A stretch of DNA of 63,046 nt, counting the filler, from Aduncisulcus paluster (lineage: Eukaryota): the NCBI GenBank assembly GCA_024181965.1. It is 13 parts of 13 records of this genome, joined end to end, with 100 filler letters (N's around TTAATTAATTAA, not from the genome) between each part and the next. Parts side by side here need not be neighbours in the genome. Positions count along the whole stretch, not along the records: positions 1 to 2,902 come from BQXS01012045.1; positions 3,003 to 4,934 come from BQXS01012046.1; positions 5,035 to 7,278 come from BQXS01012047.1; positions 7,379 to 9,588 come from BQXS01012048.1; positions 9,689 to 11,867 come from BQXS01012049.1; 8 more parts are not named here. The stretch is one strand, 5' to 3'. A model generated the notes under the pieces. That model was not told where the DNA came from and ran no database searches. It worked only from the letters and a program-made list of their open reading frames with translations. Position 1 is the stretch's first letter. Each line of letters starts with the position of its first letter. Both the position numbers and the translations under genes were made by a program. Below are positions 1 through 11,967 of this stretch, piece by piece.

Positions 1-918
1 GGAGTCAATCTTAGAGGTGCGGAGAGAGATCGGAGGATGGAAAGGAAAGAGGATCTTGTTAAATCAGACGATAGACAAGGTGCAAGGAAATCTGAGGCGA
101 GTCTCCCTGCGTTCTTCGACTCCCTCACCCACTCTACCCCCTTGTTCTCTCTCACTGCTCTTACAACTGCCAATGAACGCCTTGGACAGGTTCAATATGT
201 GGCATCACAGAGATCTCGCTTCATTTCCAACACATTGCAGCCAGAACTAGAGCAAATCCACTATGAGCTTGAGCGCTGTGTTGAGTTGAAAGGAAAAGAT
301 AAAGAAGGCGAAAGGGGTGAAAGTGAAGGGGAGCCTTCTGAGGATGATATTCATGCGAGAAGAGCATCTGGTTCAACCACCCAATCGTCTGGAGCTATTA
401 TTGCCGCTAAGAAGGCCTCAAGTTCCGCCCATGCGTGGGAATCCATCAATAATGCTCTCCAAGAAGATAAGAAATCGTTGTCCAAACTCTCTCGACAATG
501 TGCTTCCGCTGCTGAAAGTGTTAGGAAATGTAATAGAGATGTTGTTGGAGCACAAACCATACTGTCAAGAGTATCAGATTCACTCCGTAGAGCGCGCTCA
601 AGTGGTGCCTTTGGGGCTTATAAGTCCGATTTGACCACACGTGATGACGCTCTTCGGCAATATCGTGACGCTGAGGCTCGCCACAAACACGCTTGTGCTC
701 AATTTGACAAGTTGAGTCAAGATTTGAGGAGAAGTATTGCAGAATTTGAAGAGCAATGGGAAGGGGAAGGCGATGAGTTGTGCGAAGCAAATGATATCGT
801 TTCTGTGGCAATTGCTGTTGGTGAACGAGAAGGGGCTGATGAGGACGATTTAGATCTTGATGGAGCTGGTGATATTTTAGATAGAGTTGGATATGATAGA
901 CTTAATAAAATCGTGTAG
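1..918 (+). CDS. Coiled-coil hypothetical protein, 5'-partial
   Basis: Frame is open from base 1 to TAG at 918; helical, charged heptad-rich sequence; no recognisable domain. Confidence 0.7.
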   Translation, partial: GVNLRGAERDRRMERKEDLVKSDDRQGARKSEASLPAFFDSLTHSTPLFSLTALTTANERLGQVQYVASQRSRFISNTLQPELEQIHYELERCVELKGKDKEGERGESEGEPSEDDIHARRASGSTTQSSGAIIAAKKASSSAHAWESINNALQEDKKSLSKLSRQCASAAESVRKCNRDVVGAQTILSRVSDSLRRARSSGAFGAYKSDLTTRDDALRQYRDAEARHKHACAQFDKLSQDLRRSIAEFEEQWEGEGDELCEANDIVSVAIAVGEREGADEDDLDLDGAGDILDRVGYDRLNKIV

Positions 919-1037
919 TTTGATATTATTTTGATAATGAAAACAAGTATGGAGTACAATAATATATATTGTAAGATTAATGAATAAAATGGTTCATTCA
1001 ATGGCGCCTGACCAAAAAAATAAAGTTCACCTGACGT

Positions 1038-1813
1038 GATAGAAGGAATTTCACCTTTCGGTGCCAGACGAGAAAACCGGTTCCCCCAGAATTCACATGA
1101 CCATAATTTGGACTCGTAATGTCAAAGTTCTGATGTGTTGTTCTAAAAATAGAATTTCTATTTATAGAATTGACCTTTTCAAATGATGATTGTTTCGTTG
1201 TTTTATCGTGTATTATTGTTCTATTGGGGCTGTTTGATGATTATTTCTACCTTTTTGTAGATGTTTTTGCACTATTCTCCCTGATTTTGATGATATTGGA
1301 GGAGATTCTGGTGTTTAATAAATGTTGAGCATGAATGAGATAATTTGGAAGCATAATGATGTCTGAAATGGGGATGATTGTCGTTATTGATGTCATTAAC
1401 TCTGGTTAAACTCTANNNNNNNNNNNNNNNNNNNNGATAGAAGGAATTTCACCTTTCGGTGCCAGACGAGAAAACCGGTTCCCCCAGAATTCACATGACG
1501 ATAATTTGGACTCGTAATGTCAAAGTTCTGATGTGTTGTTCTAAAAATAGAATTTCTATTTATAGAATTGACCTTTTCAAATGATGATTGTTTCGTTGTT
1601 TTATCGTGTATTATTGTTCTATTGGGGCTGTTTGATGATTATTTCTACCTTTTTGTAGATGTTTTTGCACTATTCTCCCTGATTTTGATGATATTGGAGG
1701 AGATTCTGGTGTTTAATAAATGTTGAGCATGAATGAGATAATTTGGAAGCATAATGATGTCTGAAATGGGGATGATTGTCGTTATTGATGTCATTAACTC
1801 TGGTTAAACTCTA
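1038..1813. repeat. 378-bp duplication across a 20-N gap (assembly overlap artefact)
   Basis: 1038-1415 equals 1436-1813 except C1102/G1500. Confidence 0.9.
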
Positions 1814-2004
1814 TCACCTCCTTTTCTCCTTTCCCATGTATCAGATATGGATGATATATTTCTACCACAGTCTCAAGTTGACATTTTAGAAAACCCTCAT
1901 TTTATTCACAAATTCTTACATTATCACCCTCTTTTATCACGGGGATCACATTTCGATGACCTATCCTTGCATCCATCTTAAGATCAGAATCTTTCACACA
2001 TCAC

Positions 2005-2902
2005 TCACTGACTCTGATCCCAACCTTCCTCATGCTCAACACCAGCGACACCACATTTCCTTCCTTCAATGGTTCCAACAGAGCCACCATACTTCTTGCA
2101 TTGCTCACGGATAATGGTGTCAATGCTTGGGCAGTCATAGTCTTCACCAATCGTGGGAAAAAAAGGTTTGATGCATTGGACTTTCACACGAGCTTCATGC
2201 ACACTCATGCGTTTCTTACGGTCAAGCAGAGTGAGACCTGTGAATACTTCATTCAACACTTTATGAACAGATTCGTACTTGCCATCCTCAATGGTCAAAA
2301 GAGAGTCAAAAAGAGGAGAACTGGAGAGCTTGGGAGTCAATTCATTGGCCAATAAGGAAGAAAGTTTCTTTACAAATATCACTGTATCATCAATTCCTCT
2401 CAGAGTTGGATGGCCAACGAAAGGTGGCAAGCACATGAACAGAGAGAGGATGGACATTCCCAAGGAGTGGGCATCACTGAGTTGTGATTGGAGACCTTCA
2501 ACCAATGCTTCGTACGAATTGAACACAAACGTTCCACACACAACACGACGCTCCTCCTTCTTACCTTTCTTTCGGGTCGCATCAGTCGAGACAATCTGTT
2601 GGGAAGACGTTGAAGAAGAGATAGAATCCTGGATCTGCACAAATCCAAGATCTGCAAGGACAACGGTACATTCTCCATATTTAGGATCAACACGAACAAG
2701 GAAGTTGTCAGGTTTCACGTCTCGATGGACAAGCTTTGGTTTAGCCGTGAACACATCATCGAGACACTCGATCATTCCAACACATAAAGAACACACTTTG
2801 ACAGGGTTCAGTATCATAGGGTCAAAGTCAAGCACAGCAGGGTCATCACTCTCAGAGCCAGAGCTTGAGGACGAGTCTGAGTCTGAGTCTGAGGGTTCAC
2901 TA
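2005..2902 (-). CDS. Divergent Ser/Thr protein kinase, 5'-partial (C-lobe)
   Basis: HRDVKPDN catalytic loop, ADLG in place of DFG, CGTFVFNSYE activation segment, SDAHSLG subdomain IX; frame is open to the contig edge. Confidence 0.9.
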
Positions 2903-3002
2903 NNNNNNNNNNNNNNNNNNNNNNNNNNNNNNNNNNNNNNNNNNNNTTAATTAATTAANNNNNNNNNNNNNNNNNNNNNNNNNNNNNNNNNNNNNNNNNN
3001 NN
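2903..3002. other. Artificial contig linker N44-TTAATTAATTAA-N44 (six-frame stop)
   Basis: The same linker recurs at 4935, 7279, 9589, 11868, 39813, 46074, 48760, 52178, 53979, 56981 and 61119, so adjacency across it is not biological. Confidence 0.98.
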
Positions 3003-3367
3003 AATCTACATTGTAGATCGCACAACGGACCAATGCTAAACAGTGTGATGCTGATACAGTTCATTTATTTATGGAGGAGAGGAATGTGTCGACAGTGTCG
3101 GAATGGTCCATTATTAATAGTGGTAGTATCATTAATATTATCACATGATTCAGTAAAAATAAGAGAGTAAGAACAAAATACATCACAGTGTGATGCATCA
3201 CACACAATTTGGTGGATCTATACAACCTAAACTTATAGTCTTGAAGAATACTGTTCTTTCGAGTAGAAAACATTGGTAAAAGAAGAATGCCGAGGGAATA
3301 TCGTGCGAAGGGCAAACGTGTAAAAAGAATAATTAAAATAAACAACGGCGTATAAGTCTCAATTCAT

Positions 3368-4057
3368 TTACAGATCATTGTGCTCATCGATCACAGAATA
3401 TATGAGATCATCAAAGATGTCATCCCAGGGAATGTTTTCAACAGCATCAACCAAGAGTGATGAAATTTCATAGATGATTTCCTCAAGGTCAAAGTAATCA
3501 AGATCGATGTCAGGATTGATGAAGCACTGGAGAGAAGCCTTAAAGAGCCCAAAAAGATCTTTGAGATCGGAAACAAGATTTTCAAACTCGATAAAGAAGA
3601 AATTTTCAAAACATTGGCCAAGCTCATCGATGTCAAAATCTTCGTTGATGTTTAAAATCTCCTGAAGAGTCGCGGAAATATCATCGAGTCCAAGAACACA
3701 TTCAATGAGTTCAAATGGATCTTCGTCGAAGCCTTGGGAGGCACATTCGAAGGCTGCGGCAGGGAAGACATTCTTGAGGTAACGGATGACTCGTAATAAA
3801 TTGCTTCGTTCGATTCCAAGAACATCGGCTGAACATTCCAATGATTGGATCAGGGAACGGAAGAGATCTTTGTGGCAGTTGTCGTACCAATCAAGTAAGG
3901 AACCGAAAGAGGGGAAATTCTCAATGAAACATTCGGTGGCATCGAGATATGCTTCGGATTCATTGATAATGGCAAAAGAGATAGTGTTGGATTCAGGAGA
4001 GGCAAAAACGGATCCTATAACAAGAATAAGGACGATAACAAAGGGGAAAAATTTCAT
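3368..4057 (-). CDS. Secreted acidic, Cys-containing helical protein (229 aa)
   Basis: Signal peptide MKFFPFVIVLILVIGSVFA; D/E-rich with 7 spaced Cys; complete ATG-TAA ORF. Confidence 0.8.
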   Translation of the reverse strand: MKFFPFVIVLILVIGSVFASPESNTISFAIINESEAYLDATECFIENFPSFGSLLDWYDNCHKDLFRSLIQSLECSADVLGIERSNLLRVIRYLKNVFPAAAFECASQGFDEDPFELIECVLGLDDISATLQEILNINEDFDIDELGQCFENFFFIEFENLVSDLKDLFGLFKASLQCFINPDIDLDYFDLEEIIYEISSLLVDAVENIPWDDIFDDLIYSVIDEHNDL

Positions 4058-4512
4058 TGGGAAGCAAACGACGAAACAAGCGAAAGATTCAATTTCAACT
4101 TGAGATGAAAACGTATCCTGTCAGACATTACAATAAGTTACAATGCCCACATGATTGAATTCGATGTAAAAAATAATCTACCGTCTATTTGTGGACATTA
4201 AAAATGGATTTTTCGATGCAGAATGGAGGGAAACAACGAATTTGAAAATTGTGTCAATTCAATTGCCCCTTTTCGTTTTGATTGGATAACAAAATAATGA
4301 TTTTAAGAATGCATTTACCTAAACGTATATGTGCATCTCTTCTCTGAATATGGCCATGGGGATGAAGTACACTGATGTATTTCCGTATATATTTCAATAT
4401 GAGTAGACTGAGGCTCCTCAAAAAATTATCCCGAAAATCCTCCGGTCTCATTTGTTCTTGTTTTGATTACAACATCATTTTTATCTTTGTGTGATATATT
4501 TATTAGAAACAC

Positions 4513-4934
4513 ATGGGCGATAAAGAACGTGTACCTTTACATAAGCAACTTGAAATGTGCATGAAGTTAAAACAATACAAAATCAAGGTCGTAGATGATG
4601 ACATCCATAAGCTCCATTGTATATTCCCTGGTGCCTATGGTACTCCATATGAGAGAGGATTGTATCATCTCGAGATAACCCTTCCGGAGGGATATCCAGA
4701 CCATCCGCCACGTTACAAATGCTTGAACCCCAGTGGAAGATGGGTTGCGGGTGGGAATATATGTATGAGTATTTCTGCAGACCATCCTGAATCATGGAAT
4801 CCTTCTATGGGACTTGCGGGGATAATCAGTGGTATGCAAGAGTATATGACACAAGCTGGGCGTGAAAGTGGTCATGTTGTAACCTCTGATGCTCAAAAGA
4901 GGGCATTTGCTGAACAAAGCCGGTCATTTAAGTG
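4513..4934 (+). CDS. UBE2J: Ubiquitin-conjugating enzyme E2, J/Ubc6 class, 3'-partial
   Basis: GTPYERGLYH, PEGYPDHPP, NPSGRW..GGNICMSISADHPESWNP match the Ubc6/UBE2J active-site region. Confidence 0.88.
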
Positions 4935-5578
4935 NNNNNNNNNNNNNNNNNNNNNNNNNNNNNNNNNNNNNNNNNNNNTTAATTAATTAANNNNNNNNNN
5001 NNNNNNNNNNNNNNNNNNNNNNNNNNNNNNNNNNGTATGACAAATGCCACCCAATTGCAAAGACAAGTAACATAGAGCAGTGAAATAACACGAATCTCAG
5101 TATCGGATGATCAGGATCTGGCATTAGAGTTGGAGTTGGAGTTGGATTTGACTGCGGGGAAATGTCACTCTTCCATGAAGCATCAGGGGATTAGATTCGT
5201 AGCAGTATACAGACACATGTATACCATCATATTCCGAGTTCTTGATATTTTTGATTGTAAGCAAAAGCAAGTGAAAATGAACAGAAAGGCAAGGATAAGG
5301 ATAGAAATGAAATGGAAATATATCCATGTTATTGAATGGCATTGAAATCGTTCATAAATGTTCTTAACACGTGAAATGGAACTATATCCAGTCCTGAGGG
5401 TTCTCCAAAAGCCTGAGATATCGAGAATAAACACCATGGCATGGAAATGAAAATAAAACATGTTTTTATCATTTACCAGCATTTAACTCGTTTATATGTG
5501 TTTTATAAATTTTCCAATCTTATCTATTGAAGGGTTGCTTGTTCAGTCCTCCATTTTTTCTCGTCGTACAAGCAAATT

Positions 5579-5672
5579 GTATGTTTACTATATGTCATAT
5601 CTTTTATTAAATGTATATTAAGAAATATTTTAACCGGATTCATTCATTATTATGCTTGTTTTTATTTTTTAG
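5579..5672 (+). other. Probable 5'-UTR spliceosomal intron of the kinase gene
   Basis: GTATGT donor at 5579, T-tract-TAG acceptor at 5672, 24 nt before ATG 5697; the upstream frame has a stop and no ATG. Confidence 0.5.
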
Positions 5673-5696
5673 ATAAGAAATTCTATCTCTATTCAA

Positions 5697-7278
5697 ATGA
5701 GTTCATCCACAGATGCTGTTATTCAAACTGTGGAACCTGAGTTTGTTAAGGAAGGATATCGCTATTGTTGTCCAATTCCAGGAGATTCCACCAATATTAA
5801 GAGTGCAGAGTTTCCAGCTATCGAAGCAATAGATGGAACCAAGGAAGAAAGTGATAAAGAGTACGATCAGAGTTCTAATGCACAAAAGATGATGAAAGGA
5901 GAGTGTAATGCTGGACATTTTACCCATATCTCCATTCCTTTCTCTTCATCTTCCCCAATGAAAGGGGCTTATATTTGTCTATGGGATTTTACTTCACCTC
6001 CATCACACCTTATCTTCACTCTCACATCTTCAAAGGGTGATAAAACATCCAAGAAATACAAATTTCCTGAATTTAAAGATCATCGTTGGTATTTCCTTCC
6101 TGTTGATCTCCCTGATGTTGTTCTGTGTGAGATTACAGGGAAAGGAAGAAGGAAAGAGTGTTTTAATATCGAATCCCTTGTTTTCATTAGTAGAGAAGAA
6201 ACTCCTGAAGAAATCAAATCTCGTGAAGCCAGAGAGAAACTATGGTCTGAAGCTCCAGTTGTGAAATCAGAGTTTGTTAAGGGAGGAGATTGGGATGTTA
6301 TAGATTCTATTCCCATTCCACGAGCTGATCTAAAGCTTGTTGATCCTTCATTCTCAATGGTTAAGTGCAAGGACGATGTGTATAGTAAGGAATCTGAGTA
6401 TTATGATCAGAGTTCAACAGCACAAAGAATGTTAAAAGGGGAAAGTGATGTTCGATTATCCCATCTTTCCATCCCTTTCTCATCACCTAGCCCTATGAAA
6501 GGTGCTCATATCTGTGTTCATCAGCGTTGGAGTTCACCCTCTCTTCTCTTCACTTTCACTGATTGTGATGGTAAGAAGATAAACAAAAAGTATGAATTCG
6601 CAGAACACGAACATGGATATGAATGGCACTTCCTTCCTATTGATTTGTATAACGTTGTATTGTGTGAGATTGAAGGGAAAGGAAGGTGTGAAGATAAGAA
6701 CAGTCGAAGTTTCTACATCGAATCCCTTGTTTTCCTTCGAGGTGATGATATTCCCACCTCTCCTCCTCTTCCTCTTCCTTGCCGTGCCATTTCTCCATAC
6801 ACTGTTCCACTCGACTCTGTTACTCTGACTCCAACATCTCCTTCAACCATCACTCCTCAGTGCATCATTGGCAGTGGTGGGTTCGGAGATGTGATCTTGG
6901 CTCTTCTTGTGTCTCCATTCTTCCCCACTCCTGCTGTGTTATGTGCTGTGAAATGCATGAAGAACGCGTGCACGCATGAAGAGAATGTGCGTTGTGTGGA
7001 GCGAATGAAGAAAGAATTCTCTCGTCAATGTAAGTTGTATTCCAAGGCGTCGTTACAAAGCTGTATCCCTCGTCCTCTGCATATGCTTGATCTTCTCGAT
7101 GGTGATCTGAAAGGAACGTTCGGGATGGCGATGGAGTTCTGTCAAGGTGGGAATGTGATTGAGTTTGCCAAGAGCTGGGCTGTTGATCTCGACGAATGTG
7201 ATCCTTGTGAAGATGATGAAGAGGACCTTGTGTATGATCCTGTGAAGATCGCTGCTCTGTGTGTGGCTATCATCGAGT
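5697..7278 (+). CDS. Protein kinase with two tandem ~170-aa N-terminal domains of unknown family, 3'-partial
   Basis: Repeated EFVK.G / YDQSS.AQ.M.KGE / H.SIPFSS.SPMKGA.IC / W.FLP.DL..VVLCEI.GKG / IESLVF blocks, then GSGGFGDV, AVK and MEFCQGG kinase N-lobe motifs. Confidence 0.9.
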
Positions 7279-7942
7279 NNNNNNNNNNNNNNNNNNNNNN
7301 NNNNNNNNNNNNNNNNNNNNNNTTAATTAATTAANNNNNNNNNNNNNNNNNNNNNNNNNNNNNNNNNNNNNNNNNNNNGAGGGATTGTGAAAAGGGATCA
7401 ATTGGTCATAAGAATAAGGAAGTGAGTCCGATGATGATGAAACGTGGTGAAAACTTTTATATTGGTGGTGTTTTAATATTGGTGGCATTCAAAATAGATG
7501 TGTGAAGGAAAAATACTTTGTTAATAAATCTATGAAATAAATAGGCAGATTTTCAAAGAATAATGTTAAAATTAACGCGGTATTATAAATTATTATTCTG
7601 AAAGGCCCACCAAATTCCCATATAATCGAAAATACGAATTTTAATTAGTGGACATGATCAAAAAAGCTTCACTTTTATCAAATAAATTGGTTACCACAAT
7701 GATTTAAAGAAAATTAACAATATAGAGTACCTCTAAAACCAAAAGTTTCAATCGATACGGACCTTTCTCTCAATAATCTCCATAATTACGAAAACTGAGC
7801 CAAAATATGATATAACGAGCTAATTTGACAATTCTATTTTTAAATTATCTCCATTTCTGAAGAATTATTTGGCTTGCTGCTGTCCAAACTGTAAATTGCT
7901 GTTGCCTTGACATAAACACAATTACATTATATTTGGATGGAT

Positions 7943-8230
7943 TTAAAACCGTTTATTTTTGACTCCGTAAAGACTCTTGTTGAATACTGGTAAAATTATG
8001 TCAATGCCATTGTTACGAGATCACTGGAAATGTCTGGTTGGTTCTGTGCCCAGGAATTTCTCGTCAATAGCAGAAAGAAACTCTTCATCGCTCAACAATG
8101 AAAGGTCTCATAGTTATACTGTATCCTTTCAGTCTCAAATTCCGTGGAACAATAAAATACGAGCAAATTCATCAGAAAATGAACCATCCAAGGATCTCTT
8201 GAGACAAAGATGAAGAGAGAAAGGTCGTAA
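7943..8230 (-). pseudogene. Degenerate reading frame, possibly TE (gag-like) debris
   Basis: Protein-like frame (..LSDEEFLSAIDEKFLG..) interrupted by four TGA and one TAA; identity not established. Confidence 0.3.
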
Positions 8231-8718
8231 GTTATAAGCTATAATTTATAAGGAAGGTCTACATATGTTGAATACTAAGTATTCAATACTTCACAATTCT
8301 CTCCGGGCTGTGTCAAGTTGATGCATTTCTGACAACACGATCGATGAGTAACCATGCCACACAGTTATCAGCACAGGTTGTGATTCACTCCAGTATTATT
8401 CATATTGCGATTGCATCCCACATGGGGTCTTGACTATGATATTTGTAGACATCCATCTCGTCGCATTCATATTATAACTTATGCTTCATATTATTATTGC
8501 TATATATAATATGTACAATACTGTACTACAATATGTCAATGTAATACTGTAATACACGTGTCTAACGCACACGTAAAGACTTGATGTCACAGCTATCATA
8601 CCACCATAAAGAGCTCATACAGCAGCACACACAATATACTCCCAACTGTGCTTCAATGCTTCAAGGAGTTGATCATGGGACAATATACTTCACATGAGAA
8701 CAGTTCAATGTGTGATAT

Positions 8719-8759
8719 ATTCAAGCACATGATTCAAGCACATGATTCAAGCACATGAT
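8719..8759. repeat. 13-bp tandem repeat ATTCAAGCACATG x3
   Basis: Three exact copies read directly. Confidence 0.9.
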
Positions 8760-8947
8760 AATGATACGATTAGTGATATTATTAATAATAGTAATGTATC
8801 AAGAGAAAGAACATCCACGAGTGGGAATTGAAAATGAATCATAAACTAATCACGAATGAATGAATTGGGGAATCGTTGCATACACACAATGACGTTCATC
8901 ACACACAATAACGTTCATTCCACCAAAATGGATGCCGCAAGCAAGAC

Positions 8948-9588
8948 TTACTTCTTATGTCCCCTTGAATGCAATGAAATCCGTCGTTCCCTTTCCCACT
9001 CAATCAGACGCTCTTCGTTGAGACGGCAAAGAATCGCATAGCTGTGCATCGACCATCCTTTCATCTTCCTCGTAATAAACCATCGTTTGATGAACTCTGG
9101 CGATCTCTTGGTGACAGAGGAGATCTCTTTCGCAAATGCAGTGTCAACAACACAATCGTTCTCAATCCACTTCATCAACATATACGTCGGCTCAATGCCA
9201 TACCGAGCAACACGACTAGGCAGAGAGAAGGACCATGCGGGAGGGTCTGGACCAAGGGCAGGATCAACAGTCTTCCGCTGGGCATTCAGAACACCATGCT
9301 CGAGGATGAAGTCTGCCATGTCCTCATAATCAACGCCATTAACTCCTGGAGTGTCGTCGACAGGAATGGTATCGAGGAATTGCTGGATATGTTCATCATC
9401 ACGAAACACACCATGGAAGATATCCTTCTTGTTACGGGCTGTGATGGGAACAACATCACGGTAACGAGTCTTAAGGGTGGATGGCCCACCTTTCATGATC
9501 CTTGCACGTTCCTTTTCATCGTCATCACCAGAAGACCCTGAACTGTCCTCGGCATCATGATTGTGTGATCTACCAACTCTATTGGATC
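8948..9588 (-). CDS. Divergent homeodomain-like protein, 5'-partial
   Basis: Ungapped fit to homeodomain numbering: Y8, L16, W19, E33-I34, I45-K46, W48-F49, R52, M54-K55 (EFIKRWFITRKMK); frame is open to the contig edge. Confidence 0.65.
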
Positions 9589-9916
9589 NNNNNNNNNNNN
9601 NNNNNNNNNNNNNNNNNNNNNNNNNNNNNNNNTTAATTAATTAANNNNNNNNNNNNNNNNNNNNNNNNNNNNNNNNNNNNNNNNNNNNCTTAAAGGCCTA
9701 ATTTGATTGTTGACACCTTATAAATAAAAATTTCTTTGTTTTCACGCCTAATATTTATAAAATTCCGTGTCCACTGACAACTCAATGACATGATGTGTTT
9801 ATTTATAGGACGTAACAGGTTCGCTAAATTTTTAAACACTAGGATTTTACGATAAATTGTTTCAGTAAAATTGGGTTTAATTTGCGAGATTTTTGGGTGT
9901 TTTTTGGCTGAAAGAA

Positions 9917-10240
9917 CTAAAAGCTTAGGTGACTACCCTTGCTCTTTGGTTCTTTCTTTTGGATTAAATTCCAGCTGTAAGACGATACACAAGTCGCTTC
10001 TCTTATACACAGGCCTCTTCCAAGCCCACATAGAAGGGTAGATGCCCATCTACGTGATCTCTCTTCTCTGGTTCGGCCAGGTACCATGAAATCGGTTCCA
10101 TTCCTCCGTACATGCTCAATAAACTCCCAAGCTTTCTCTCCAATGGCTCCAATTGTTGTCAAGGCGAAGGGTATCAAAAGATAGGGTTGGTGCTTTTTAG
10201 CACAGCCTGTATCAACAATACAACTCAAGAATATTTTCAT
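9917..10240 (-). mobile_element. C-terminal remnant of a REL-endonuclease non-LTR retrotransposon (CRE-like)
   Basis: LIPFALTTIGAIGEKAWEFI ... LLCGLGRG resembles the FxPFxxETxGxxG ... LQRGN tail of REL elements. Confidence 0.55.
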
Positions 10241-10399
10241 TTCTCTCCAAGCAATTTCACTTTAAAATTTCCAAAAGTCCTTGAAAATTTATAATTGTTT
10301 ATTTTCTTATGACCATTTTCGATAAATATAATTCCAGCCTCCTCAGAAATGCCGCTTTTTTTTTTTTTTTTTTTCGTTTTTGAGAGACTCAACACATAA

Positions 10400-11867
10400 A
10401 TGGTCGATTCTTCTGACTCTTTTGAAGAGCAACATGAACACAATTCTCATCGAGAGATTCCTAATGAGATAATTGCAGTTCCAACCGAATCTGAAGACTC
10501 AAATGCCACTGATATTGAAGAAGGAGAGGAAGTTCAAACTGAAATTGATGATTTTAGTTCATCTTCTTCATATGGAGATGATAAGGATGCTGCAAACGAT
10601 ATTATTTCTTCATCTTCTGAAGAGATTCCCAAGATCCAAGAAGGAGACGTAACAAGGGTAAGCTCTTCTAAACAAGTTGGAATATCATTGGACGAATCCC
10701 CTGCTGATCAACACCATTTTGAAACCAAATCTGCAGCCTCTGATGAACATATTGATCCTATAGGTGATTCTAGAAGCGATTCCATTGAAAAATCATCAAA
10801 ATCTGAAAATTATAGCTCTTTTAATCATGATTTATCCCAAGAAATTGCTGCTGAGCGACAAATTCCTACCCTATCGACGTCTCCTCCCATGACCCCCCAT
10901 ACGCCCGTAAAGCATACATCCTCCCAAGTCTGCGTTCCCAATCATCTCCTTGACACAGATATTGTTGGTTGCGGTTCTGAAGGAGGGCTATTCTCCCCTT
11001 TACCAATGAAAGTGTATCCAGCCAGTCCTGGCGATGGGGGTTGGGAATTCGTTGAAGACGATGGAGAATCAGGAATTGAAAGCAACAAGATTTCCAAACC
11101 AGGATTACATCCAACGGTTCAAACTCCTCCTTTTGCCAAATATCTTGGTGCTGATGAAAGTGATGATGTAAAATCAATGCCCTGGGGTGAGATCAAACCC
11201 GTTAATTTAAATATCGAAGAGGAAGAAGAGGAGGAAGTGGAGAGTTCGGGATCTTCCGTCAAATACCAACAAAATCCACATCCATCTGCGATTTTTCCCA
11301 AAAAGCTAGAAGAAGAGGAAAAGGAAGAATATACTATAGAAATTGAAAAGGAAATTGATCAAAAGATAGAAATTGAAGGAGAAGAGAAAATAGAAGAAGA
11401 GGAAGAGGAAAAAGAAGAAGAAGAGGACGAAGAGGACGAGGAAGAAGAGGACGAAGAGGAAGAGGAAGAGAAAGAGAAAGAGGAAGAGGAAGAGGAGAAA
11501 GAGGACGAGGAAGAAGAGGAGGAAGAGGAAGAGGAAGAAGAGGAAGAGAGCGAAGTTTCTGAAAAGAAGGAAAATATTGTGGTGTCTAATGAGTCTTCAA
11601 AGAGCGATGAAAAGGAAATTGTGTTCGCAAATAGAATAGAAAAAGAAAGAAAAGCCAAAGATGATTCTTCAGATGGAAAGACAGACGAAAAACATATTCA
11701 AGAAGAAGATAAGGAGCATAAAGTTGTTATTTATGAGGATGTTACAGATGAAAGATCACCATCGAGAGACACTCATTCTCATGATGAAAATAGAAATGCT
11801 GAGAAGGAACTCTCCCATGGTATTTTTAATCCTGATGTGTCCGAAGCCACTGTTGGAGGTCCTATTC
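10400..11867 (+). CDS. Acidic low-complexity (poly-E) protein, 3'-partial
   Basis: Long ATG-initiated ORF running into the linker; S/E-rich disordered sequence. Confidence 0.75.
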
Positions 11868-11967
11868 NNNNNNNNNNNNNNNNNNNNNNNNNNNNNNNNN
11901 NNNNNNNNNNNTTAATTAATTAANNNNNNNNNNNNNNNNNNNNNNNNNNNNNNNNNNNNNNNNNNNN

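Noticed and set aside
1020..1125. U1-like snRNA (TCACCTG ... ATAATTTGG Sm-like site)
   Set aside because: The 5' end does not match ACUUACC and U1 stem-loops are not evident.
2903..3002. Regularly recurring TTAATTAATTAA motif as a biological repeat or CRISPR-like array
   Set aside because: Always centred in N44 padding; it is an artificial six-frame-stop contig linker.
7943..8230. TGA recoding (Trp/Sec) to explain in-frame TGAs
   Set aside because: Intact genes here end in TGA (e.g. 27121, 28678) and long ORFs have no internal TGA.
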